A stretch of 37,821 bases of DNA, taken from IMG/VR virus record IMGVR_UViG_3300036987_000119, positions 1-37,821 of that record; one strand, written 5' to 3'. Shown piece by piece: positions 14,833 to 23,902 of this stretch (positions are counted from its first letter, which is position 1; every line of letters begins with the position of its first letter). Source of the DNA: a virus. Its lineage: Duplodnaviria; Caudoviricetes. The notes under the pieces were generated by a model that worked only from the letters and a program-made list of their open reading frames with translations, was not told the origin of the DNA and did no database searches. The position numbers and the translations under genes were made by a program.

Positions 14833-15284
14833 AACTCCGTTGCCCTGTTTGCCATTCCTCGAACTCGCTGGAAGCCTTCACCGCCGCCGACGCCGGGCGC
14901 GAGCTGCTGGTGCTGCTGGCGTCGACCGGGCCGCTGTTTCGGCCTTTGGTGGCGTATCTGGGGCTTTTCCGCCCGGCTAATCGGGACCTGTCGCACGAGC
15001 GGGCTTTGCGGTTGGCGCGGGAGGTGGTGGAGCTGGGCGCCGATCCGCGCGCCCTTGCCGCCGCCCTGACCGATACCGTCGAGGCCATGCGGGCGAAGCG
15101 GGACGCGGGGCAGATCAAGCCGTTGACGAATCATAATTATCTGCGGAAGGTGTTGGAAACGGTGCAAATCCCCCCCAGCCCCCCTTTGGCAAAGGGGGGG
15201 GGCGAGCGCAGCGAGCGGGGGGATTTGCCGCGCAGCAAGCGCGCCCAGGGGATTGCCGCGCTGGAGGATTGGAGCCGTGGATAA
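14829..15284 (+). CDS. Conserved Mu-like phage protein with N-terminal CxxC
   Basis: MKLRCPVC...YLGLFRP...PLTNHNYLRKV, typical of genes upstream of gemA-like genes. Confidence 0.8.
   Translation: MKLRCPVCHSSNSLEAFTAADAGRELLVLLASTGPLFRPLVAYLGLFRPANRDLSHERALRLAREVVELGADPRALAAALTDTVEAMRAKRDAGQIKPLTNHNYLRKVLETVQIPPSPPLAKGGGERSERGDLPRSKRAQGIAALEDWSRG
15164..15228. repeat. Nested palindromic element embedded in frame in a CDS
   Basis: GCAAATCCCCCC ... GGGGGGATTTGC outer arms with inner CCCCCCTTT-GGC-AAAGGGGGG hairpin. Confidence 0.75.
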
Positions 15285-15639
15285 TACCGCCTGGCTCAAG
15301 CGCGAACTGTCCGCCGGGTTGCAGGCCCTGGTGGCGTTGGGCCTGCGCAACCAGCCCGCCTCCGATATGTTGCCGCTGACCGCCGACATCTGGCTGCGCG
15401 CCGTGCGCCGGGGGAACATCGGATGCGACATCGAGCGGATCGACGCGCCGCGGATCCGCGAGGCGTTTGATCGGATGTTCCCGGAGTTGACCGAATGGCC
15501 CGCGCCGCGCCAGCTGCTCGACCGCATTCCGCCCCGGCCGAAGCGGGAGGCCCTGGCCGAACCGGTGGGGGATACCGGAGAGGGGCTGGCGCGGATCCGG
15601 GAGATCCAGGAACTTTTGAACCGTTCAACAAGCATTTAA
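15277..15639 (+). CDS. Conserved hypothetical Mu-like phage protein
   Basis: GTG 15277 after GGAG; GLQALVALGL...TADIW...EWPAPRQLL pattern. Confidence 0.75.
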   Translation: MDNTAWLKRELSAGLQALVALGLRNQPASDMLPLTADIWLRAVRRGNIGCDIERIDAPRIREAFDRMFPELTEWPAPRQLLDRIPPRPKREALAEPVGDTGEGLARIREIQELLNRSTSI

Positions 15640-15655
15640 GAACAGGAGGCCGGTC

Positions 15656-16171
15656 ATGCCACCCATCGACGCGAAACAGATCCGCATCATCAAAATGGCC
15701 CAGCGCGACCTGGGCATGGACGACGCCGGGTACCGGGGCCTGCTTTCCGACCTGTTCGGAGTCGAAAGCTGCACGTGCCTGAGCTACGAGCAGGCGAACC
15801 GGTTGATTGGCGAGTTGCAGACCAAGGGGTTTCGCCTGGTGGCCAAGGCTCGCCCGGTGAAGTCGCGGCCCAAGGGGAAGAACGTGATCAACCTGGCCAG
15901 CCGCGAAGAGCTGGCAAAGATCGAGGCCCTCGCCGACCTGATCCCCTGGCGGGCCAAAGACGGCAAAGAACTGTTCTTCATCAAGCGCCTGGGCATTCAA
16001 GGGGGCCGCGTGCGCACGGCGGGGGAAGCCTACCGGGCCATTGAGGGGCTGAAGAAGATGTTCGAGAACGGCATGGCCCGGCAGTACGGCCCGGGGTGGT
16101 GGGGCCAGTCGTTCGGCAACCCGGCGGTGATGGAATACATCCGCCGGCACCGGCCCGAGGAGTACCGATGA
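15656..16171 (+). CDS. gemA: GemA-like (Mu gp16 / DUF1018) regulatory protein
   Basis: QIRIIKMAQRDLGMDDAGYRGLL...GVESCTCLS...LIGELQTKGF...AIEGLKKM; RBS AGGAGG; position at the end of the early region. Confidence 0.8.
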   Translation: MPPIDAKQIRIIKMAQRDLGMDDAGYRGLLSDLFGVESCTCLSYEQANRLIGELQTKGFRLVAKARPVKSRPKGKNVINLASREELAKIEALADLIPWRAKDGKELFFIKRLGIQGGRVRTAGEAYRAIEGLKKMFENGMARQYGPGWWGQSFGNPAVMEYIRRHRPEEYR

Positions 16172-16470
16172 ATGGCGAAGCCAAGCTGAACGGGATGCTG
16201 GCGGCGGCGGGGTTGGCGAAGAAAGCCAGCTATGCCCCGGGCGAGGTCCAGCGGATTCTTGGCTGTTCGGAATCGACTTACTGGCGACTGCTCGGCCGCT
16301 GCGAGCGCGACGAAAACGGCCACCTGCGCCACCCCGACTGTCTCGACAGCTACATGCTGCAACGCACGCGCCGGGTCAGCTACGACGAGCTGGCCGATTA
16401 CCTGATCCGCAACAACAGTTATGAGCGTAAAAACGCCGTTGACGCGAGACAACTTTCTTTTCTTGACTGA
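16168..16470 (+). CDS. HTH DNA-binding protein (excisionase/MerR-like fold), probable late-gene activator by position
   Basis: YAPGEVQRILGCSESTYWRL...RRVSYDELADY; last gene before the terminator, where Mu-like phages carry Mor/C. Confidence 0.72.
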   Translation: MNGEAKLNGMLAAAGLAKKASYAPGEVQRILGCSESTYWRLLGRCERDENGHLRHPDCLDSYMLQRTRRVSYDELADYLIRNNSYERKNAVDARQLSFLD

Positions 16471-16480
16471 CCCCCCCACA

Positions 16481-16510
16481 AAAAGGCCCCTTCCGGGGCC
16501 TTTTCTCTTT
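16481..16510 (+). terminator. Intrinsic terminator ending the early/middle operon
   Basis: AAAAGGCCCC-TTCC-GGGGCCTTTT followed by CTCTTT. Confidence 0.85.
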
Positions 16511-16659
16511 CATACCCCGTCAGACCCCCGCGCCAAGTATTTGTTTTCCCTCTATTGTTGACCTGCGCCCACACCGGGCCGACCTCCTGAATCGCTCCCC
16601 CGCCTGACCAGCGGGGGGGCACCCTTTTCGCCGGGCTCTCCCGGCCAAAGGCACAGGCC

Positions 16660-16938
16660 ATGCCCTGCACTCTCGAACACCTGACCGCCCCTGAAATCTT
16701 CCTGCTGCGCCAGGGGCCGGGGCATTTCGCCCATGGTGACGACTGGCTGATCAGCGCGGTCGTCGAGAAGTTCGGGACCTATGCCGTGGTCAAGGGCGCG
16801 TGCAATCTGAGCGTCGACCGGGAGTATCTGTTGGATATCCGCTCGATCCGCGCCGAGTTCCGCAAGCTCGGCATCACCGCCGCGAACTGGGAACGGTCGA
16901 AAAACGGCGTGTTTATCCCTCACAGCATGGTGGTCTGA
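16660..16938 (+). CDS. Hypothetical protein, first gene of the late operon
   Basis: ORF with TGATG coupling to the next gene; weak RBS. Confidence 0.6.
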   Translation: MPCTLEHLTAPEIFLLRQGPGHFAHGDDWLISAVVEKFGTYAVVKGACNLSVDREYLLDIRSIRAEFRKLGITAANWERSKNGVFIPHSMVV

Positions 16939-17096
16939 TGACCCATAAATTCTACCCGACCGAATACGAGCCTGACCCGAAAAGCTGGGGCATCTGCGTG
17001 AACTCCCAGCGCGAGGACGGCAAGTGCCGCCATCGCCTGAGCCGCCCGCAACACCTGTGCCTGGGGCGCGACTGCCCGGAGGATGACGACGAATGA
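16938..17096 (+). CDS. Small Cys-containing protein (52 aa)
   Basis: MTHKFYPTEYEPDPKSWGIC...; coupled at both ends (TGATG, ATGA). Confidence 0.55.
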   Translation: MTHKFYPTEYEPDPKSWGICVNSQREDGKCRHRLSRPQHLCLGRDCPEDDDE

Positions 17097-17575
17097 GGGA
17101 CCATTTCGAGGAAGCGATTTGCGACACGCTGCAACGGGAAGGCGGGTACGTCAACGACCCCGCCGATCCGGGCGGCGAGACGAATTACGGCATCAGTCGA
17201 AAATCCTATCCCGATCTGGATATCAAGAATTTGACCCTGGAGCAGGCCCGGGAGATTTACCGCCGCGACTACTGGGACGCCGTCGGCCTGGGGATGATCC
17301 GCCATAGAAGCCTGGTCTGCAAGGTCTTCGACCTGGGGGTGAATGCCGGACCCCGCCGCGCGGTGCGCTGGCTGCAAACGGCCTATAACCTGGTGGCCTC
17401 GTCGTCGGCCCTGGCCATCGACGGGAAAATCGGCCCGGCCTCGGCCAGGGCGATTAACGGCTGTCCGCACGAGGCGGCCCTGCTCGCGGCGGTGAAGTAC
17501 CAGGCCACCCATCATTACGTGAGTCAGAACCTCCCACGCTTTTTGGCGGGGTGGTTGAACCGGTTGGAGTCTTGA
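17093..17575 (+). CDS. Endolysin, glycoside hydrolase family 108
   Basis: EGGYVNDPADPGGETNYGIS catalytic motif, FDLGVNAG, DGKIGP, C-terminal FLAGWLNR peptidoglycan-binding motif. Confidence 0.93.
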   Translation: MRDHFEEAICDTLQREGGYVNDPADPGGETNYGISRKSYPDLDIKNLTLEQAREIYRRDYWDAVGLGMIRHRSLVCKVFDLGVNAGPRRAVRWLQTAYNLVASSSALAIDGKIGPASARAINGCPHEAALLAAVKYQATHHYVSQNLPRFLAGWLNRLES

Positions 17576-17577
17576 GC

Positions 17578-17994
17578 ATGACCGCGACCCTGTACGCGCC
17601 CGAAAGCTACATCCGCGCCACGCCGGAAGTCCGGCGGGCCGTGGCGAACGGTTGCGGGGCGAGCGGCTGGAAGGGCTACCTGGTCCCGGAGACGATCTAT
17701 CTGTTGCCGGTGGGCGAGACCTGCGACATCCACGATTGGATGTATGCCGAAGGCGAGACCATCGAGGACAAGGACAGCGCCGACCGCACCTTTCTGAACA
17801 ACCTGCTACGGCTGATCAACGCCGCCGAGGGGCCGCGCTGGCTGCAATGGCTGCGCCGCCGGCGGGCGCTGAACTATTACCGGGCGGTCTGCCTGTTCGG
17901 CGGCCCGGCCTTCTGGGCCGGGAAGAACCCAACCAAAAACCTGCATGAGGCCAGCACGGCATGGGTTGAGCTGCCTTGGCCGGGAATGGGATGA
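17578..17994 (+). CDS. DUF1353/phospholipase A2-like protein
   Basis: NGCG...CDIHDWMY...ADRTF...YYRAV motif series. Confidence 0.65.
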   Translation: MTATLYAPESYIRATPEVRRAVANGCGASGWKGYLVPETIYLLPVGETCDIHDWMYAEGETIEDKDSADRTFLNNLLRLINAAEGPRWLQWLRRRRALNYYRAVCLFGGPAFWAGKNPTKNLHEASTAWVELPWPGMG

Positions 17995-17995
17995 C

Positions 17996-18181
17996 ATGAG
18001 CGAATCCGCCAAAAACCCTCTGCAATCGAAGACCCTTGCCGCGAACCTCGCAGCCCTGGGCGCGCTGTATCTGCAACACCGCTACGGCTACGTCGTCGAC
18101 CCGGAAGATCTGGCGGCGGCGCTGGCGGCGGTGAACGTGGTGCTGCGCTTTGTAACCGACAAGCCGCTGAAGCTGCGGTAA
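17996..18181 (+). CDS. Holin-like small membrane protein
   Basis: 61 aa, two hydrophobic segments, KNPLQSKT...NVVLRFVT pattern; located in the lysis cassette. Confidence 0.65.
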   Translation: MSESAKNPLQSKTLAANLAALGALYLQHRYGYVVDPEDLAAALAAVNVVLRFVTDKPLKLR

Positions 18182-18402
18182 TGGCCGACGACGCCGACCG
18201 CGCCCAGGCGCAGATGGAGATGGAAGAAGGGTGGCGGTTGGCGGCACGGGACACGGGCACGGCACGCCGTGCCCCTACGGTGGGGCCGACCGCATGTGTC
18301 GACTGCTTTGATGCGATCCCCGAGGCGAGACGCAAGGCCGTACCGGGCTGTAAACGGTGTGTCAACTGTCAAGATTTACTTGAACATTGGAGGCCGTTGT
18401 AA
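18181..18402 (+). CDS. TraR/DksA C4 zinc-finger protein
   Basis: MADDADRAQ...CVDC..IPEARRKAVPGCKRCVNCQ. Confidence 0.9.
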   Translation: MADDADRAQAQMEMEEGWRLAARDTGTARRAPTVGPTACVDCFDAIPEARRKAVPGCKRCVNCQDLLEHWRPL

Positions 18403-18746
18403 TGCTGGAGGGTGTGTCCCTGTCGTTTATTTCGCTGGTGGTTTCAACCCTGGGTATCCCCGGGCTGGCCATGGTCTTCTGGTGGGTCGATCAGCGGCGG
18501 GCCGACAAGATGATGCAGGAGCACAAGAAAGAGCTGGGCGAAGTGCTGGACCGCTATCGCGACGACATGGCCAAGGTGACGCGCTACTACGAAGACAACG
18601 TCCTGTTGGTCAAGGGGTATGAACGGCTGGCCGGGGATCTGGCGAGCATCATCCACTTGAATACCCAGGCGCAGACGCACCTGGTCGAACAGATCAAGAA
18701 CAACATGTTTTGCCCGATGATCCGCGAGAAAGGCCCGCGCGCATGA
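18402..18746 (+). CDS. Membrane-anchored coiled-coil protein (Mu gp25-like position)
   Basis: N-terminal TM helix followed by a coiled coil; TAATG coupling. Confidence 0.7.
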   Translation: MLEGVSLSFISLVVSTLGIPGLAMVFWWVDQRRADKMMQEHKKELGEVLDRYRDDMAKVTRYYEDNVLLVKGYERLAGDLASIIHLNTQAQTHLVEQIKNNMFCPMIREKGPRA

Positions 18747-18988
18747 ACCTGGAGCGAACGGCCATGAAAGGCCGCATGGAAGAATTGAAAGCCGAGCGGC
18801 GCGCCCTCGATATGCGCTGCGAATCCTTGTGCCGGGGCATCCGGCAAGATCTGAACACCCTGCTGGCCCCGGTGGACAGGCTCGAAGTGCCGCGCGCGGC
18901 CCAGCAGATGGAAGACTTGACCGCCGCCTGGGGCGAGCTGGCGGCGCTGGACAGCCAGATTTCGCGGCTGGAACGGGAGCTTTGCTGA
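18743..18988 (+). CDS. Coiled-coil hypothetical protein
   Basis: ATGA and TGATG coupling on both sides. Confidence 0.7.
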   Translation: MNLERTAMKGRMEELKAERRALDMRCESLCRGIRQDLNTLLAPVDRLEVPRAAQQMEDLTAAWGELAALDSQISRLERELC

Positions 18989-19485
18989 TGGCCGAGAAGG
19001 GCGCCCGCGCGCGGCTGGAGCCGATAGCCCGGCAACTGTATGTGGACGGCCAAAGTCTCGAGGCGATTTCCGCCGCGCTGGACGTGAGCCGCAACAGCCT
19101 GAGCGAGTGGAAGGCCCGCACCCGCCGCCCGGGTGAAGAGTTCGACGAGTGGGACAAGGCTAGAGAGCAGCGCCAGAGCACGGCGCGGCGGCTGAAGAAC
19201 CTGCTGGAGCGCGAGCTCGAATACGCCGAGAACGCCAGCCCGGGGCAGATCGGCCCGCAGACCCTGGACGGCATCAGCAAGCTCGGCGCCCTGGTGCAAC
19301 GTTTCGAGCAGGCCGAACGGGAGGCCCTGCTGAAAAGCACCGCGCAACGGGCGGCCCTGTTTCTGGATTTCGTCCGCGACCTGATCGAGTTCGGCAGCAA
19401 AAACGACCCGGCCCTGGTGGCCGCCATCGAAGGCAATTTTGACGACCTGGTGCAATGGGGGCGGGAGAAGTATTCGGCAGGCTGA
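18988..19485 (+). CDS. Terminase small subunit-like protein (DUF1804 HTH)
   Basis: ARQLYVDGQSLEAISAALDVSRNSLSEWK...WDKAR; directly upstream of TerL. Confidence 0.82.
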   Translation: MAEKGARARLEPIARQLYVDGQSLEAISAALDVSRNSLSEWKARTRRPGEEFDEWDKAREQRQSTARRLKNLLERELEYAENASPGQIGPQTLDGISKLGALVQRFEQAEREALLKSTAQRAALFLDFVRDLIEFGSKNDPALVAAIEGNFDDLVQWGREKYSAG

Positions 19486-19518
19486 AGGCTGAAGGCTGAA
19501 GGAAGGGCATCACCGGGA

Positions 19519-21207
19519 ATGGCACAATCCGCGACCAAAGACCGCCAGTTCAGCCGTGAGGTTGAAGCGATCCGCCAGATGATTCAGGCGGCGGCGCGGC
19601 CGTTCGCGGAAAACAAGGCGGCGCAGCGGGAGCGTAAGGCCCAGGCCGAGAAGGATCTGGCCTTTTTCGGGGCGACCTACTTCCCGCACTACTTCAACCG
19701 CCCGTCGTCGAACTTGCACAAGTATTTCGCCGAGCGCTACCCGGCGATGATCGAGCGGGCCATCCAGACCGGCGAGGGGGACAAGGAAGCCGACGCCGCG
19801 CCGCGCGGCAACGCCAAATCGACCTGGACCACCTTTCTGTTGCCCATGTGGTGCGCGGCCTACCGCAAGCGCCGCTACCCGCTGATCGTCAGCGAAACCC
19901 GCACCCAGGCCGAGAGTTTCCTCAGTTTCATCAAGCTGGAGCTGGAGACCAACGAGCGGCTGAAACAGGATTTTCCCGAGCTGTACGGCGAGGGGCCGGT
20001 GTGGCGGGCGGACCAGATCATCACCCGCAACGGGGTGAAGGTGCAGGCGGCGGGATCGGGCCAGAAGCTGCGCGGCCTGCGCCACGGCAGCTATCGCCCC
20101 GACCTGGTGATTGGCGACGACCTCGAGAACGACGAGTCGGTCGAGTCCGCCGACCAGCGCCGCAAGCTGGAGAGCTGGTTCTTCAAGGCGCTGATGAAGA
20201 TCGGCCAGCCCGACACCGTGTACATCGTTGTCGGCACCGTGCTTCACCACGAAAGCCTTCTGCAGAAGCTTCTCGAAAAGCCCGGCTGGAAAGGCCAGAA
20301 ATTCAAGGCCGTCATCCAATGGGCATCGAACCGCAAGTTGTGGGACGAGTGGGAGCGGATTTTCTCGGACCTGACCATCGGCAAAGAACAGGCCGAAGCC
20401 CGCGCCGACGCCTTTTTCGCTCAACACCAAGAGGCGATGCTGGCCGGGACACTGGTGCTCTGGCCCGAGATGGAGCCCTACTACTACCTGATGAAGATGC
20501 GGGTCTCGGATGGTCCCGCCTACTTCGACAGCGAGAAACAGAACGAACCGCTCAACCCAGAGGATCAAGTTTTTCTTGAAGAGTGGTTCGTCGATTGGGA
20601 AGAGGGGACCGTCGATTTCACCGGCATCCCCCACGCCGGGGCGGTCGACCCCAGCCTGGGCAAGAAGAACAAGCGCAACGACCCGAGCGCGATTCTGGGC
20701 GGGCGCATGAAAGAGCGGATTTTGTATCTGGATATCGCCGACATCGAAAAGCGCCAGCCCGACCAGATCATGACCGACATTTTGGCCCATCACAGCCGCG
20801 ACCCTTTCGACAAGCTGCGCATGGAGACGGTGCAGTTTCAAGAGTTCTTCGCCCGCGAGTTCGAGAAGAAGGCCCACGACGAAGGGCTGACGATCAACAT
20901 CGATGACCACAAGCCGACCACGGACAAGGATCTGCGCATCATCCGCCTGCAACCGTGGATCAAGAACGGCTGGATCCGCTTTTCCTCCGGCATGCACGAG
21001 CTGAAGCGGATGCTGATCTACTACCGGCCCGGCAACCGCGGCGGCCACGACGACGGCCCGGACGCCCTGGAAATGCTGCTGGGGTTGTGTGAGGCGGGCC
21101 TGCACGGCGCGGCCTGCGCCACGCCGCCGAAAGAGAAACCCAACTACCACGCCAAGCGCCCCGAGTCGGGCTTGATCGGTCGGATCTTCGGCCAAAGGAG
21201 ACGCTAG
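19519..21207 (+). CDS. Terminase large subunit
   Basis: Walker A APRGNAKST, Walker B RPDLVIGDDLE, VGTVLH coupling motif, nuclease motifs AVDPSLG and HDDGPDAL. Confidence 0.93.
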   Translation: MAQSATKDRQFSREVEAIRQMIQAAARPFAENKAAQRERKAQAEKDLAFFGATYFPHYFNRPSSNLHKYFAERYPAMIERAIQTGEGDKEADAAPRGNAKSTWTTFLLPMWCAAYRKRRYPLIVSETRTQAESFLSFIKLELETNERLKQDFPELYGEGPVWRADQIITRNGVKVQAAGSGQKLRGLRHGSYRPDLVIGDDLENDESVESADQRRKLESWFFKALMKIGQPDTVYIVVGTVLHHESLLQKLLEKPGWKGQKFKAVIQWASNRKLWDEWERIFSDLTIGKEQAEARADAFFAQHQEAMLAGTLVLWPEMEPYYYLMKMRVSDGPAYFDSEKQNEPLNPEDQVFLEEWFVDWEEGTVDFTGIPHAGAVDPSLGKKNKRNDPSAILGGRMKERILYLDIADIEKRQPDQIMTDILAHHSRDPFDKLRMETVQFQEFFAREFEKKAHDEGLTINIDDHKPTTDKDLRIIRLQPWIKNGWIRFSSGMHELKRMLIYYRPGNRGGHDDGPDALEMLLGLCEAGLHGAACATPPKEKPNYHAKRPESGLIGRIFGQRRR

Positions 21208-22635
21208 ATGGGTCTGACAGACCGGTTATTCGGCAAACGCATCGAGCGCAAAGTGCAAGAGCAGCTTGTCGCGGCCGTGGAATCCGCCGTCGAGGAGCGC
21301 CTGGCCGCCGCCGTCAGCGACCAGATCAGCATGATCGGCTGGCGCAAGCTGACCGGAGCGCCGACCCGCGAGCTGCCGATGATGGACCAGACCCGGGCGC
21401 TGGAAGTAGCCTATTGGCTGTGGAAGACCAACCCGCTGGCCAAGTGGATCATCGAAGTCGTTACCGCCTTTGTCACCGCCGGGGAATCCCTCTATACCGC
21501 CAAAAACGACGAGGTCAAAAAGCTGCTGGACGGGTTCTGGTACGACCCGGTGAACCGCATGGATCTGCACTGGGAAAACTTCGTCCGCGAGCTTGGCATC
21601 TACGGCGAACAGTGTTGGCCCGCCTTTTTCGGCGAGCAGACCGGGCGCATGCGCCTGGGCTATATCGACCCGGCCCACATTCAAGAAGTTTTTCCCGACC
21701 CGAACAACGTCAAGATCAAGATCGGCATCACCGTCGGCAGCCACGACGGCACCGGCGTCCCCCGGCGGCTGAAGATCGTGACCGACCACGAGAACGAAGA
21801 GTTCCTGTCACCCGAGGGGCGGCGGCTGCGGGAAACCTTTACCGACGGCGAATGCTTCTTCTTCACGATCAATGCCCTGACCAACGAGATGCGCGGCACC
21901 TCGGACCTGTTCACCGTCGCCGACCACCTGGACGGCTACGAGCAGTTTCTGTTCGACTCGTCCGAGAAGTACGCCCGCTTCAACGCTTTTTTCTACGACA
22001 TCACCGTGGAAGGGGCCGACGAGAAGAAATTGCAGGAAGAGCGGGACCGCTACCAGCCGCCGCAGACCGGCGGGGCCTTCATCCATAACGAAAAGGTCAA
22101 GGCTCAGGCGGTCTCTCCCGAGATGAAAGGCAACGACGCGGCTCAGGCGGCGCGGCTGCACCGCAACCATATTCTCGGCAGCGTCGGCCTTCCTGAGCAT
22201 TGGTTTGGCGGCGGCGGCGACGTCAACCGGGCCACGGCTTCGGAAATGGACATGCCCGCGCGCAAGATCATCGAAAGCCGCCAGACCCGCACCAAGAACA
22301 TGCTTGAGCTGATCTTCGACACCCAAATCGCCCGCGCCGCCCGCGCCGGATATCTGCGGGGCGTTTCTGAAGACGAGCTGTACGACTACGAAATCCAGAC
22401 CCCCGAGATATCGGACAAGGACGTGGCCAAGCTCAGCACCATGCTGCGCGACGTTTCCACCAGCCTGACCGTGGCCGAGACCAACGGCTGGATCGGCAAG
22501 GACGAAGCCGCCAAAGCCTTTGCCTTTTTCCTCCGCTTCATCGGCTACAACTACGATCCGGACCAGGCGGTGGAAACAGCGGGTTATGAGGATTACAGGC
22601 AGGCGGAAGACCGAAGGACGAAGGCTGAAGGGTGA
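21208..22635 (+). CDS. Portal protein
   Basis: 475 aa directly after TerL; ELGIYGE, RGTSDL and GLPEHWFG...NRATA portal-type motifs. Confidence 0.85.
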   Translation: MGLTDRLFGKRIERKVQEQLVAAVESAVEERLAAAVSDQISMIGWRKLTGAPTRELPMMDQTRALEVAYWLWKTNPLAKWIIEVVTAFVTAGESLYTAKNDEVKKLLDGFWYDPVNRMDLHWENFVRELGIYGEQCWPAFFGEQTGRMRLGYIDPAHIQEVFPDPNNVKIKIGITVGSHDGTGVPRRLKIVTDHENEEFLSPEGRRLRETFTDGECFFFTINALTNEMRGTSDLFTVADHLDGYEQFLFDSSEKYARFNAFFYDITVEGADEKKLQEERDRYQPPQTGGAFIHNEKVKAQAVSPEMKGNDAAQAARLHRNHILGSVGLPEHWFGGGGDVNRATASEMDMPARKIIESRQTRTKNMLELIFDTQIARAARAGYLRGVSEDELYDYEIQTPEISDKDVAKLSTMLRDVSTSLTVAETNGWIGKDEAAKAFAFFLRFIGYNYDPDQAVETAGYEDYRQAEDRRTKAEG

Positions 22636-23561
22636 GCATGGAAGTCAATGCCGTTATCGAGAAGATTCTTGCCGACAAGGAGCGCCGGATACTTTCCGGT
22701 CAAGACGCCCTTGAAAAGCTGCTGCTTGAAGTTCGGCGGCAGATCGTCGCCGAGCTGGCGCAGACGCCGGGGGAATCCTATTCGGCGGTGATGCTCAGGG
22801 CGCATCTGGCGAGTTTCGAGGGGCACCTGGCGACTTTCGAGCGGGGCGGTTCGGTGTTGCTCGACGAGCTGGTGGTGGCGGCCTGGGAGGGCGGGGCCGC
22901 GCTGGTCGGCGATACCATCCGCGCCGGCGGGCTGGGCATGGCCTTCGGGTACACCACCGGGCCGGTGCTGCAAACCTTGCGCGATACGGCCGTTTACCGT
23001 ATTCGCGGCCTGTCGACGGACGCCATGAACAAGATCCGGGGGGAACTCACCCTGGGCGTGCTGGGGCAGAAGACCCCGCACCAGGTCATGACCGCCGTCG
23101 CCGGCAGCCTCGATTCGCCGGGCGTGTTCAAGACCATCGCCGAGCGCGCCCGGGTGATCGTCGGCGTCGAGATGGGCCGGGCTTTCTCCCAGGCGACCCA
23201 GACCAGCATGGAGCAGGCGAGCGACAGCCTGCCCGAGTTGAAAAAGCAGTGGTGGCACGCCGGGCACCCGAAACACCCCCGCGTCAGCCACCTGGCCTTG
23301 CACGGCCAGGTGCAGCCGGTGAACAAACCCTTTTTGATCGGCTCGCTGGTGATCGACTTCCCCCGCTCGCCGAAAGCGCCGCCCTCGGAAACGATCCGCT
23401 GCGGCTGCGAGATGGTCCCCTGGCATCCGAACTGGGGAGCCAAGCCCGGGGCCTTGCCGATCTACAACCAGCGGGGCGAAGAGATCGCCCGGCGCGGCGA
23501 ACGCACCGGCAACGAAGAAGGCCTCTCAGGCAAGTTCAGCGTCGGCCAGGCGGGCCGTTAG
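22632..23561 (+). CDS. Head morphogenesis protein (Mu gpF / SPP1 gp7 family)
   Basis: RARVIVGVEMGRA...KKQW...R.SHLALHGQ...ETIRCGC signature; follows the portal gene. Confidence 0.87.
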   Translation: MSMEVNAVIEKILADKERRILSGQDALEKLLLEVRRQIVAELAQTPGESYSAVMLRAHLASFEGHLATFERGGSVLLDELVVAAWEGGAALVGDTIRAGGLGMAFGYTTGPVLQTLRDTAVYRIRGLSTDAMNKIRGELTLGVLGQKTPHQVMTAVAGSLDSPGVFKTIAERARVIVGVEMGRAFSQATQTSMEQASDSLPELKKQWWHAGHPKHPRVSHLALHGQVQPVNKPFLIGSLVIDFPRSPKAPPSETIRCGCEMVPWHPNWGAKPGALPIYNQRGEEIARRGERTGNEEGLSGKFSVGQAGR

Positions 23562-23656
23562 CCGTCTTTTGTTTGACACGGGTGTTATAAACAGGATTTG
23601 GCGCGATTTCGGCCATTGCAGAGCCACGGAACAACCCCATAAGCGACGGAGGAACC

Positions 23657-23893
23657 ATGAGCGAGGAAAAAGACCAGAAAGACGGCGAAGAAAAATTCAA
23701 CGGCAAATGGCTGGCCGGGCTGACCTTCAAGGGAGCCGCCGAGAAAAAAATCAAAGAAGAGGGTCGCGAGCGGGTGCGGCATACGCCCTTTGAGCGCCCC
23801 CTGACCGAGAAGGACGTTCTCGCCTGGCGTGTCGACGGCGCCGAGGTGGTGATCGTCGCCGCCGACGGCCGCAAGCACCGGGTCAAGAAGTAG
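23657..23893 (+). CDS. Small charged head-region protein
   Basis: RBS GGAGGA; located before the capsid gene. Confidence 0.75.
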   Translation: MSEEKDQKDGEEKFNGKWLAGLTFKGAAEKKIKEEGRERVRHTPFERPLTEKDVLAWRVDGAEVVIVAADGRKHRVKK

Positions 23894-23902
23894 GGGCCGC
23901 CG

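Noticed and set aside
15194-15202. G9 tract as a phase-variation switch
   Set aside because: It is one arm of a palindromic element and the ORF is intact; no evidence of slippage from a single sequence
23571-23592. GTTTGACACGGGTGTTATAAAC as a sigma70 promoter
   Set aside because: TTGACA and TATAAA are far too close for -35/-10; it may be an activator-binding dyad for a head-gene promoter, but support is insufficient
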